Assembly: GCA_049578085.1 (NCBI GenBank)
Contig: JBAULH010000008.1
Coordinates: forward strand, 1-48,091
Length of the DNA stretch: 48,091 nucleotides
Direction: 5' to 3'
Source of the DNA: Candidatus Deferrimicrobiaceae bacterium
Lineage (GTDB): Bacteria > Desulfobacterota > Deferrimicrobia > Deferrimicrobiales > Deferrimicrobiaceae
Program-made: the position numbers and the translations under genes
Shown: in pieces, positions 1 to 7,528 of the stretch
Numbering within the stretch: position 1 is the stretch's first letter
Layout: each line of letters begins with the position of its first letter
The notes under the pieces: model-generated
Seen by the model: the letters and a program-made list of their open reading frames with translations, nothing else
Told to the model about the DNA's origin: nothing
The model's database searches: none

Positions 1-968
1 TCCGGACCCTTGAGATATGCCAGGAGCTTCTGTTGGATCCCGTCGGAAAGCTCTGCCGCGGTCAACCCCTCCGCCTGTATATCCTGTATCAGGGGCAATG
101 ATATCTTCCCGTCAGGCCTCACCGTCACATCCCGTGTCAATTCCGGATTTCCCCAGACATCGACATGAAGAACATCCTCGGGCCCGATCCGATATTTCGG
201 CCCGCCGGAAAAGTCGGTGGCCACTGATTTTTTCTTTCCCTGGGCAGATGGTGGAGGAGTCGGAAGAGAGGAAGGAGTCTCCCGGGAAGCAGTTTGAAAT
301 ACCGCTTCCTTCTTTAAGGTCATCTGATGCGACACGGGGGGAACCGGATTGGGTGCGCTCTGCTCATGCACCGTAGGTTTTATGGATGCGATAACGGTCG
401 CCGGTTCCTTTTCAGGGGCCGCAGCCGCGGGGGATTTTATAGGTTCCGCTACCGGTGCAGGCGTATTTTTTGGTATTGCGGGCAGCGGGATGTGGGCAGT
501 TGTGGTGACCAGCGCAGGCGTCTTTTCAGGCGGAGTAGGCGGCGGGGATTTGGCATATGCGATAACCGGTGGCACGATATCGCTGGGTGAGGATTTTTCG
601 TTCTGGACATCTGTCTGCACCAGCAGCGGGGGATTGCCCAAAGGCGGGACCGCCGGCTGGACGTCATGCATGGCGCCAGTGGCCCTCGACATGGAAAGGT
701 TCCCCGAGGGAAAATCGGACGAAGAGAAGGCAGGGTTGTCCGAGCTCTGTCCGGGGGACACCAGGACCGGATGCGCCTCGACTCTCTGCCCCCCCGGCTC
801 CTTCTGCAGTTCGATCATCTGAGTCAGCACTTCCCGGGGTCCTTCCCCCATCTCCATCCGGTTGAATTCCTTCACCTGGGATTTTGTCCCCGCGCACCCG
901 CCGGCAAGTAAAAGGAGGAGGCCGAAAACCGAGACCGCACAGGCTACCGCCCATAGGGATCTCAACAA
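1..968 (-). CDS. polysaccharide export outer-membrane lipoprotein, Wza/Poly_export family (3' end lies beyond window start)
   Basis: Absent from the supplied ORF track because it has no in-window stop. My hand translation of the minus strand is open from tandem TTG codons (968-966, 965-963; GGGAGAG just upstream) down to position 1. It reads LLRSLWAVACAVSVFGLLLLLAGGC (lipobox), then a ~230-aa Pro/Ala/Ser-rich linker, then KYRIGPEDVLHVDVWGNPELTRDVTVRPDGKISLPLIQDIQAEGLTAAELSDGIQQKLLAYLKGP, which matches the Poly_export signature. The start codon is uncertain. Confidence 0.75.
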   Translation of the reverse strand, partial: MLRSLWAVACAVSVFGLLLLLAGGCAGTKSQVKEFNRMEMGEGPREVLTQMIELQKEPGGQRVEAHPVLVSPGQSSDNPAFSSSDFPSGNLSMSRATGAMHDVQPAVPPLGNPPLLVQTDVQNEKSSPSDIVPPVIAYAKSPPPTPPEKTPALVTTTAHIPLPAIPKNTPAPVAEPIKSPAAAAPEKEPATVIASIKPTVHEQSAPNPVPPVSHQMTLKKEAVFQTASRETPSSLPTPPPSAQGKKKSVATDFSGGPKYRIGPEDVLHVDVWGNPELTRDVTVRPDGKISLPLIQDIQAEGLTAAELSDGIQQKLLAYLKGP

Positions 969-1024
969 CTCTCCCGGGCGGCTTCTGCTTTCTGTTTTTT
1001 TCAGCAAAAGAAAACCGCTTTCCC

Positions 1025-2491
1025 CTAATCCTGGTTCAGACCGCACTCCTTGATTTTGTAAAGCAGCGCCTTGTAGCTTATGTCTAGGATCTGGGCAGCT
1101 TTGCGCCTGTTCCACCGCGTCTGGTCGAGTACTGTTCCGATAAGTTCCTTTTCGGCTTTCCGCTGTGCAATCTTCGCCACTTCTTTGAGAGTCCCCTTGT
1201 CGGTGAGGACCAACTCCTCCTCGCCGTTACCTTTACGGGGAACCTGCGCCATCGGCACGCTAGGCGAGTTTGCCCCGAACCCGATCCTTTCTTCCCTCGC
1301 GGAGACCTGGGCAAGGGAACCATCCTGCTTCTTCCGCATGAATTCCGAGATCAGCTGTCCCTCGTTCGCCAGGATGATCAGCCGCTTGATGTTGTTTTCC
1401 AGTTCGCGGACGTTCCCCGGCCAGGCGTACTCCAGGAACATCTCCATCAGTTTGGGGGAGATCTTCACGGAGTCCCGGTTGTACATCTCCTCATACCGTT
1501 TGAGGAAGTAATCGGCCAGAAGCGGGATGTCTTCCTTTCGTTCCCTAAGGGGCGGAACGACGATGTTGACCACGTTGATCCGGTAGAAGAGATCGCGGCG
1601 GAAGCGGCCATCCTCCACCAAGTCTTCCAGTTTCCTGTTAGTGGAGGTCAGAATCCGGCAGTTGACCTTGACCTCCCGTTCCCCGCCGATCCGGTAGAAC
1701 TGCTTCTCCTGCAGCACGTGGAGGAGTTTCGACTGCAGGTCAGGATGCATCTCGCTGATCTCGTCCAGGAAGATGGTGCCGTTCTGCGCCATCTCGAACC
1801 GGCCGTACTTGCGCCGGTGCGCCCCGGTGAACGCTCCCTTCTCGAAGCCGAACAGCTCGCTTTCCAGAAGCTCTCTCGGCAAGGCGGCGCAATTGACCTT
1901 GATGAACGGCTCTCCCGCACGCTCCGACGACTTGTGCAGCGCCTTGGCCACGAGTTCCTTGCCGGTCCCGCTTTCCCCGCTGATCAGAATGGTGATGTCC
2001 GTGTTGGCGACCTGGTCCAGGATCGCCTGGACCTTGTTCATCCGATCGCTCAAGGAAAAGAGGAGCTTGTACTCCTCTTCGGCACGGGATTGGGTTTTAA
2101 GCGCGTCCAGCTCCCACCGGGTCTTGGTGGCCTCCAGGACCATCTGGATCTTCAGGAGAAGTTCCTCGCCCCGGAACGGCTTCTTGATGTAGTCGTTCGC
2201 GCCGTCCTTCATCGCCCTCACGACATCGTCCACCTCGCTCTGCCCGGAAACCATGATGATGGGAACATGGGGCGCCGCGGCACGGACGGGCTTGATCATG
2301 TCTACCCCGCTGCCGTCGGGAAGGAAGATGTCGAGGATGACGCAGGAAGGATGGTGCTGCTCGAACTTCTCGAGCCCTTCCGCCTTGTTGAAGGCGGGGA
2401 TTACCTTCATCCCCCCCTCTGTCAGGATTTTTTCGGTGAATCGGGTAAAGACGGGATCATCATCCACCAGCAGGATCACATTCTGTGGCAT
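1025..2491 (-). CDS. sigma-54-dependent response regulator (NtrC-family enhancer-binding protein)
   Basis: 488-aa ORF with ATG at 2491 preceded by GGGAGGG. It has an N-terminal receiver (LLVDDD...ILDIFLPDGSG), an AAA+ sigma-54 interaction domain (GESGTGKE Walker A, GAFTGA loop, GNVRELEN) and a C-terminal Fis-type HTH (AAQILDISYKALLYKIKE). Confidence 0.93.
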   Translation of the reverse strand: MPQNVILLVDDDPVFTRFTEKILTEGGMKVIPAFNKAEGLEKFEQHHPSCVILDIFLPDGSGVDMIKPVRAAAPHVPIIMVSGQSEVDDVVRAMKDGANDYIKKPFRGEELLLKIQMVLEATKTRWELDALKTQSRAEEEYKLLFSLSDRMNKVQAILDQVANTDITILISGESGTGKELVAKALHKSSERAGEPFIKVNCAALPRELLESELFGFEKGAFTGAHRRKYGRFEMAQNGTIFLDEISEMHPDLQSKLLHVLQEKQFYRIGGEREVKVNCRILTSTNRKLEDLVEDGRFRRDLFYRINVVNIVVPPLRERKEDIPLLADYFLKRYEEMYNRDSVKISPKLMEMFLEYAWPGNVRELENNIKRLIILANEGQLISEFMRKKQDGSLAQVSAREERIGFGANSPSVPMAQVPRKGNGEEELVLTDKGTLKEVAKIAQRKAEKELIGTVLDQTRWNRRKAAQILDISYKALLYKIKECGLNQD

Positions 2492-2520
2492 ACACCCTCC
2501 CTAGGACGTGTAGGACTAAC

Positions 2521-2535
2521 GCAATCTATATGCCT
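2521..2535 (-). promoter_or_regulatory. candidate sigma-54 (-24/-12) promoter upstream of the response-regulator gene
   Basis: The minus strand reads cAGGCATatagATTGCg. The GG and GC dinucleotides have the spacing of the TGGCACG-N4-TTGCW consensus. The -12 element lies about 29 nt before the ATG, leaving room for the GGGAGGG RBS in a short 5' UTR. Confidence 0.4.
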
Positions 2536-2709
2536 GCTCGGCAGGTCGCTTTAAGGTCTTATCGGTTCTTTCCGGCTATTTATTTAATATATCGGGATTT
2601 AATGGAAAAAAGGGTATCACAAAATGGCGGGAATTACCCCTAAAAGCTTCGAATTTCAGCAAACATCAGGGATAATATAGGAATCATTTTATACTTGATA
2701 GGAAAATAT

Positions 2710-3849
2710 TTACATAGGCAGGGAGAAGGAGACCACCGTTCCCTTCCCCGGTGTGCTTTCCAGCCAGATCTTCCCGTTCTGGATTTCGATGAGCCTGCGG
2801 CAGATGACAAGGCCAAGGCCCATCCGGGCGCCTGCGTCCTTGTCCGATCCACCGCTCGCATCCGAAAAAATTGTTTCTTGCACTTTTTTGGAAAGACCGA
2901 TGCCGGTATCCCGCACCCAGATCGTGGCAACCTTGCCGTCATCGGCACGAGCGCCGACACTTATTTCGCCCTTAGGCGGAGTGAATTTTACCGCGTTGTA
3001 GAGGAGGTTTTCCAAAACCTGCATCACCCGTCCGGGATCTCCAAGCACCGTGAGGGAATGGGCCTCCCCCTCCATGTTCAGGACGATCTGCTTCTGTTCG
3101 GCATACGGCCGGTAGAAGGATACGCACTCCTTAAGCAATTCGGTCAGGTCGAACCCCTGGGAGTTCACGCGGAGGGTACCACTTTCCGCGGCCTCGTAGT
3201 CGAGCAGCGTGGCGGACATCGTGCGGAGGCGGGAAATGGACCGCCGGACCTGCTCGAGGAGATGCACGGCCTGGGGTTCCCGGCATTCCCTGCATCGCTT
3301 TTTAATGACCTCGTTGTATCCGTCGAGTACGGTGAGCGTCGAGTTGAAATCATGGGCGGTGGTGGAGATCAAAAATCCCTTGAAAGCACTTATGTTTTTT
3401 GCCTTCTCGCATTCTGCCCGGCTTTGTGCAAGGAGCTTGCGGTTCTCCCTCTCCTGCCTCTCCCCTTCGAGGACGAGGTTGACCTTTTCCACGGACCTGG
3501 CAACCGACTGGCACAGGATCTCCGGGGCGACGGGCTTGCGCAGGAAATCGTAGGCCCCCTGTTTCAGGGCCTCGAGGACCGACTTGAGCGTGGGGGATTT
3601 GTCAAGGAGCGTGAACGGAACGAACGGGTATTTCCGCAGAGTCTTCTCCAGGAACGCGAGGCCGCTGCGATTCCCGACGATCAGATCGGAAAGAACGACC
3701 GCCTGGCCCTTGAAGCCGGAAAGCGTTTCCGCAGCCGCTTCGAAATCGGATACGGGTGTAACGGAATATCTTGCGCGGGATAGCGCCCCGACAGCAAATT
3801 CGAGGAACGCCGGGTCGTCGTCAACGAGCAGAACGCGAAGGGTTTTCAT
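2710..3849 (-). CDS. hybrid histidine kinase, REC-HisKA-HATPase, with no membrane or sensor domain
   Basis: 379-aa ORF. It has an N-terminal receiver (LLVDDDPAF...VVLSDLIVGN), an H-box (STTAHDFNSTL), an N-box (ENLLYNAVKFTP) and G-boxes (VRDTGIGL, GLGLVICRRL). Confidence 0.9.
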   Translation of the reverse strand: MKTLRVLLVDDDPAFLEFAVGALSRARYSVTPVSDFEAAAETLSGFKGQAVVLSDLIVGNRSGLAFLEKTLRKYPFVPFTLLDKSPTLKSVLEALKQGAYDFLRKPVAPEILCQSVARSVEKVNLVLEGERQERENRKLLAQSRAECEKAKNISAFKGFLISTTAHDFNSTLTVLDGYNEVIKKRCRECREPQAVHLLEQVRRSISRLRTMSATLLDYEAAESGTLRVNSQGFDLTELLKECVSFYRPYAEQKQIVLNMEGEAHSLTVLGDPGRVMQVLENLLYNAVKFTPPKGEISVGARADDGKVATIWVRDTGIGLSKKVQETIFSDASGGSDKDAGARMGLGLVICRRLIEIQNGKIWLESTPGKGTVVSFSLPM

Positions 3850-3858
3850 GATGCGACG

Positions 3859-3867
3859 ATTCTACCA
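3859..3867 (-). promoter_or_regulatory. candidate extended -10 element (TGgTAGAAT) for the kinase gene
   Basis: The minus strand reads ttgTGgTAGAATcgtcgcatcATG. The hexamer ends 9 nt before the ATG and there is no Shine-Dalgarno sequence, which implies a near-leaderless mRNA. Confidence 0.3.
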
Positions 3868-3939
3868 CAAGACCCACTGTGCACGAATCGAGAGGAAGAT
3901 GCCGGTTCAAGTCCCTACTGTACGCCAATGAGAAAAGAT

Positions 3940-4016
3940 TGGTGGCGGTGCAGGGACTTGAACCCCGGACACTGCGGATATGAGCCGCATGCTCTCACCA
4001 ACTGAGCTACACCGCC
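3940..4016 (-). tRNA. tRNA with CAT anticodon (elongator tRNA-Met, or tRNA-Ile2 if C34 is lysidinylated)
   Basis: The reverse complement folds as a 77-nt cloverleaf: GGCGGTG TA GCTC AGTTGGTGA GAGC A TGCGG CTCATAT CCGCA GTGTC CGGGG TTCAAGT CCCTG CACCGCC A CCA, with an encoded CCA end. Positions 1:72 are paired and the anticodon stem lacks the GGG/CCC run, so it is not an initiator. Confidence 0.93.
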
Positions 4017-4035
4017 ACGCGTGCAGGAACCCATA

Positions 4036-4063
4036 ATTATAAGACGCCGGCAACCGGTGTCAA
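4036..4063 (-). promoter_or_regulatory. consensus sigma-70 promoter for the tRNA gene
   Basis: The minus strand reads TTGACA (4063-4058), a 16-nt spacer, then TATAAT (4041-4036). Both hexamers are perfect, and the -10 ends 19 nt upstream of the mature tRNA 5' end. Confidence 0.65.
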
Positions 4064-4090
4064 ACCGGTTTTTCCCGCGGGGGAACGCCC

Positions 4091-5638
4091 TCAGTTCACC
4101 CAGTAGAGGCGCCATTCCCCGAACGTTCCGAGGATCTTCGCCTTGTCGTGCGAGGCTATTCCTACGCGGAAGGGTCTCCCGCCGTACGGGACGTCGAGGA
4201 AGGCATCCATTGCCGGACTCTCGATCTGCGGAGTCCGCCAGGCAAGCGCCAGTTGGCCCTCTTCCTGGCCGAAGCAGAGCACCTCCGCGTTCGTGAAAAT
4301 CCGCAGGTTCTCGAAGAATCCGCCGGCCGACACGATGTTGTTCACCACGATGATCTCGTCGGACTTGTCCCCGTCAAGGTCCGCGGCGAACAGTCGGCCC
4401 GGGAGGGAGAGACGGCGCACGTTGCGGTTCCCCGGGAGGCCGGACCCCTTGCCGAGGGCGGCGGAAAGGACCGTCTCGGCCCCCAGGACCGCGTCGATGC
4501 TCTGCCACACCTTTTCTCCCTTCCCGTCGAGCAACAGGAGCCTTCCTCCCTCGTCCAGGGCCACATACCTGGCCTCTCCCCGGAAATGCACGGGGACGAA
4601 GGAGTAGACCCACGTGCCCGGGGGCAGGGGTATCGGGGCGCCGCGCCCGCGCATATCTTCCGACCCGCCCCGTTCAAGGACCATCCGGAAGACCGGTCCC
4701 TTGAAAATCGTCACGGGATCGGACTCCTGGCCAAGGAGGACGATCCCCTCCGGCCCCATGTCCGCCGCGCGAAGGAAGTAGGGGATGTCGGCCGCGATAC
4801 GCTTGTACTCCTTCCCGTCGAACTCCCAGACGTCGGAAACCGCCCTGCCGGAGAGGTAACGGACGGCAATGACCTCGGCGATCCCGTTCCGGTTCAGGTC
4901 GGCGACGTCTACGTGGAAGAGCCCTCCGCGGGATTCCGGGATCCTGGCTTTCTCGACCAGCTCCTCCCCCGTCAGTCCGTAGATCACGATGGCGTCCGGG
5001 TATGCCGCGGCGATCTCGGGTTTCCCGTTCCGGTCGACGTCTCCTTTCGCGAGAGAGACGATCTTCCCGGGAATGTTGCGGCTTCGGCTGATCTTGCCCG
5101 ACAGGGACGGGATCGTTTTTTTCTCCCTCCCCTCGCCGATTTGCCCGTCCCCGAAAAAAAGGAGCGTGAGCCTAGCGGCGGCCTCGTCGGCCATCCTCCG
5201 GAACGCTGGGGGAAGGTCTCCCGTTCCCGTCGTTTGTTCCTTTTGCGCCGGTGTGCTTTCGCCTTCCGACGTCACGAAAACCGTCCTCCCCTTCCCCGGG
5301 TCCTCGGTCGGGGCGAGGGTGAGATCGAGCGTTGCTGAATGGCCGATGCGGGAGACGTTCCCCGTGAGGACATAGGTTGCCCCGAGGGAGCGCGCCTTTC
5401 GCTTTCTCTCCACGGGATCGCTTCCTTCTTTACCGGTTACGAGGTGCACGTCGAACCGGGACCGGAGAAGGTCCGCCAGGGCCTGTCCCAGGAGCACGGA
5501 AACCCTCGTGCCGTCTTCCACCCCGAGGGCATGGGGCGGGAACAGGGCGACGGTCTGTCTGCCCGCAGGGAGATCCGCGTGGAGGATCCCGCAGAAAAGA
5601 GCCGCGAGAAAGGCGATGAGAAGGGGGCGCGCCCTCAT
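4091..5638 (-). CDS. secreted FG-GAP/VCBS-repeat protein
   Basis: 515-aa ORF with a signal peptide (MRARPLLIAFLAALFCGILHA). It carries repeated D-x-D/N-x-D-G-x-x-E/D-I calcium-type motifs: GDVDRNGKPEIAAA, VADLNRNGIAEVIAV and AADLDGDKSDEIIVVNN. Its ATG (5638-5636) overlaps the upstream TGA as ATGA. Confidence 0.8.
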   Translation of the reverse strand: MRARPLLIAFLAALFCGILHADLPAGRQTVALFPPHALGVEDGTRVSVLLGQALADLLRSRFDVHLVTGKEGSDPVERKRKARSLGATYVLTGNVSRIGHSATLDLTLAPTEDPGKGRTVFVTSEGESTPAQKEQTTGTGDLPPAFRRMADEAAARLTLLFFGDGQIGEGREKKTIPSLSGKISRSRNIPGKIVSLAKGDVDRNGKPEIAAAYPDAIVIYGLTGEELVEKARIPESRGGLFHVDVADLNRNGIAEVIAVRYLSGRAVSDVWEFDGKEYKRIAADIPYFLRAADMGPEGIVLLGQESDPVTIFKGPVFRMVLERGGSEDMRGRGAPIPLPPGTWVYSFVPVHFRGEARYVALDEGGRLLLLDGKGEKVWQSIDAVLGAETVLSAALGKGSGLPGNRNVRRLSLPGRLFAADLDGDKSDEIIVVNNIVSAGGFFENLRIFTNAEVLCFGQEEGQLALAWRTPQIESPAMDAFLDVPYGGRPFRVGIASHDKAKILGTFGEWRLYWVN

Positions 5639-6195
5639 TTGATGAGCGATGCCACCTTCTTGAACTCCGGCGTGGTTGACACCTTGAGGAGCTGGAAGAC
5701 CGCCGTCTCGGTGCTTATGACCGTGCAGCCGGCGTCCCTTAAGCCCTGCAGACCGCTCTGGTAGTTGTGCAGGGACCGGGAGGAGACGGCGTCGTCCAGG
5801 ACAAAGAGCGAAAACCCGGCCCGGGAAAGGTCAACAGAAGTCTGGTAGACGCACACGTGGGTCTCCATGCCGACCATGATCAACTGCCTCCGGTTCAGTT
5901 CGGACACGGCGGAAAGGAATTCCTCGTCCCGAGCGCAGCTGAAGCTCACCTTCTCGAACAGCCGGTACTCCTTCCCGTCGAGAGCCTGCAGGACCTCCGG
6001 AACGGTCCTGCCCAGGCCTTTGGGGTACTGCTCGGTGAGAAGAATCGGAATCCCGAGCGTGGCGGCCGTCTCGATCGCAATATGCATGTTCTTCAAGGAG
6101 CGCGGGTACAGCTCTTTGTGGATGGCGGGGACCAGTCTTGCCTGCACGTCCACGACGAGAAGGACCGCCTCCTCCCGGTTCAGAAAATCCGTCAT
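5635..6195 (-). CDS. isochorismatase-family hydrolase
   Basis: Translation starts MTDFLNREEAVLLVVDVQ, the typical isochorismatase N-terminus, and includes ...LIMVGMETHVCVYQT with the catalytic Cys. I chose the ATG at 6195-6193, which overlaps the M24 gene stop as ATGA. The 340-aa track ORF upstream of it is an R/G-rich out-of-frame overlap with the M24 gene. Confidence 0.85.
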   Translation of the reverse strand: MTDFLNREEAVLLVVDVQARLVPAIHKELYPRSLKNMHIAIETAATLGIPILLTEQYPKGLGRTVPEVLQALDGKEYRLFEKVSFSCARDEEFLSAVSELNRRQLIMVGMETHVCVYQTSVDLSRAGFSLFVLDDAVSSRSLHNYQSGLQGLRDAGCTVISTETAVFQLLKVSTTPEFKKVASLIK

Positions 6196-7403
6196 TTTGC
6201 CCCCTCCTCCTGCGCTCCGCAGACGATGATCCCCTCGTCCATAAGGGTAAGCTTCTCGAAGCCGGTTTCGGTTACCAGATACGTGTTCTCGAGGCCCACC
6301 GCCCCTTCCGAGGGGAAGACGAACTTCGGCTCGAGGGCGAACGTCATGCCGGGCATAAGGATCGTTTTCGACCCCTTCGCGATAAAGGGATACTCGTCGG
6401 TCTCGATCCCCACGCCGTGCCCGATGAATTTTACATTGTATCCCGGCGCCCCCATGAAATGCCCGGCAAACGGAGTTCGGGAAGCCGTTTCCATGCCGAT
6501 TTCGTAGAGGTCGCCCGCCATCGCCCCCGGCCGCGTGCCGCTCTCGATCTTCCGCATCACCTCTACGGCCATCCCGTACGCGTTGGTAAGCTTCTCCGGA
6601 AGGTTCCCGATCACGTACGTCCGCGCCATGTCCACCAGGTAGCCGTCCTGCGCCCACATGAGGTCGACCAGGATCGGCTCGTTCTCCTTAAATGTCCGGT
6701 GCCCCTGCCCGACGGGGACGTACGGGCCTGACCCCTTTCCCGCGGTGGGGAAATCCGCGTAGGACGGGATCGCCGCGTCGGCCCCCGATATGACACACCC
6801 CAGCCCCACCTCCTGGTTCCATGCCCGCATACGGGTAATGGTCGTGTGCCCGGCGGAAATCGCCCTGCCCTGGAGGATGCCGCCAAGCGCGGTCTCGGTG
6901 ACCCCCGGGCGGATCCGCTCCCGCGCGCCGGACAATAGCCCGGCCAGGTGTTTCCCGCAGGCCCGCATCGCGTCTATCTCCGACGGACCCTTTACCGCCC
7001 GGATCTCGCGGATCGCCCCGGACACGTCCACCGCCTTCGCGTCGGGGAAGAGCCGGGAGAAGCGCTGGAACGTAAGCACCGGCATGACGTCCAGCTCGAA
7101 CCCGATCGTGCCGAACAAGACCTTTTCTTTTTCGAAGTACGCCGGGATCTCCTTCGGCGAGGCGATCCGTACGATCTGGTCGATCGCGGCCTCTTCCACC
7201 GCCCGCTCGTAGACCCGGCGGACGAAGTAGACCGGCTCGTCGCCCGCCGGCACGAACAGGACTCCCTGCTGGATCGATCCGGTGAAATAGAAAAGGTCGG
7301 CGTTCTGGACGAGGAACGCCCCGTCGACCCCGTCCCGCGAAAGCCTATCCTGGAGGGCTCGGATCCTCGCTCGGATCTCCTCTTTCGGCGTCAACCGATA
7401 CAT
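6192..7403 (-). CDS. M24-family metallopeptidase (Xaa-Pro aminopeptidase/creatinase-like)
   Basis: 403-aa ORF with a creatinase-like N-domain and a pita-bread domain. Metal ligands are visible: VDLMWAQDGYLVDMARTY (D, D), HGVGIE (H), FALEP (E) and LENTY (E). No obvious SD precedes the ATG. Confidence 0.88.
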   Translation of the reverse strand: MYRLTPKEEIRARIRALQDRLSRDGVDGAFLVQNADLFYFTGSIQQGVLFVPAGDEPVYFVRRVYERAVEEAAIDQIVRIASPKEIPAYFEKEKVLFGTIGFELDVMPVLTFQRFSRLFPDAKAVDVSGAIREIRAVKGPSEIDAMRACGKHLAGLLSGARERIRPGVTETALGGILQGRAISAGHTTITRMRAWNQEVGLGCVISGADAAIPSYADFPTAGKGSGPYVPVGQGHRTFKENEPILVDLMWAQDGYLVDMARTYVIGNLPEKLTNAYGMAVEVMRKIESGTRPGAMAGDLYEIGMETASRTPFAGHFMGAPGYNVKFIGHGVGIETDEYPFIAKGSKTILMPGMTFALEPKFVFPSEGAVGLENTYLVTETGFEKLTLMDEGIIVCGAQEEGAK

Positions 7404-7414
7404 AGTAACAGTCC

Positions 7415-7528
7415 GGGGACGTTGTTGAACTGTTCATTCGCGATACGGGGACGTTGCTGAACTGTCATCAATGGTGGAATGCATAGTTCAGCAACGTCCC
7501 CTTTCTTTTCCAGTTCAGGAACGTCCCC
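7415..7528. repeat. intercistronic 17-nt repeat cluster A (two direct copies plus two inverted copies)
   Basis: Copies are GGGGACGTTGTTGAACT (7415-7431), GGGGACGTTGCTGAACT (7447-7463), AGTTCAGCAACGTCCCC (7485-7501) and AGTTCAGGAACGTCCCC (7512-7528). The inner pair is a perfect 17-bp inverted repeat with a 21-nt loop. Confidence 0.9.

Noticed and set aside
969-1024. Imperfect hairpin around a T7/A7 loop between the regulator stop and the exporter start, as a terminator.
   Set aside because: The arms pair poorly (several mismatches) and there is no U-tail on the coding strand. The two genes are probably co-transcribed.
17-1087. Seven overlapping plus-strand ORFs (17-376, 327-590, 349-822, 569-865, 666-911, 862-1053, 884-1087) and two minus-strand ORFs (449-667, 664-954) at the window start.
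   Set aside because: All overlap the open minus-strand frame that encodes a lipobox plus a Poly_export domain. None has a recognisable motif.
1025-3849. Assigning the kinase/regulator pair to the PEP-CTERM PrsK/PrsR system because of the adjacent polysaccharide exporter.
   Set aside because: As I recall, PrsK is a large multi-TM kinase. This kinase is soluble with only a receiver domain, and no exosortase or PEP-CTERM protein is visible in the window.
3940-4016. The tRNA(CAT) as initiator tRNA-fMet.
   Set aside because: Positions 1:72 form a G:C pair, and the anticodon stem is TGCGG/CCGCA without the three consecutive G:C pairs typical of initiators. Elongator Met versus Ile2(k2C) cannot be resolved by eye.
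4052-4075. Hairpin AACCGGT-gtcaa-ACCGGTT followed by T's, as a terminator for the FG-GAP gene.
   Set aside because: The T-run follows the stem only on the plus strand, where nothing is transcribed. On the minus strand the stem contains the perfect TTGACA -35 of the tRNA promoter, which explains the sequence better. A weak bidirectional role cannot be excluded.
5635-6657. Long N-terminal extensions in the track for the isochorismatase-like gene, and likewise for 24973-25830, 21665-22483, 22365-23228, 35530-36903, 34523-35668 and 40719-41612.
   Set aside because: The extensions overlap the upstream gene or an opposite-strand gene (rpmB). They are R/G-rich and non-homologous. An internal ATG with an RBS or an ATGA overlap coincides with the conserved family N-terminus in each case.
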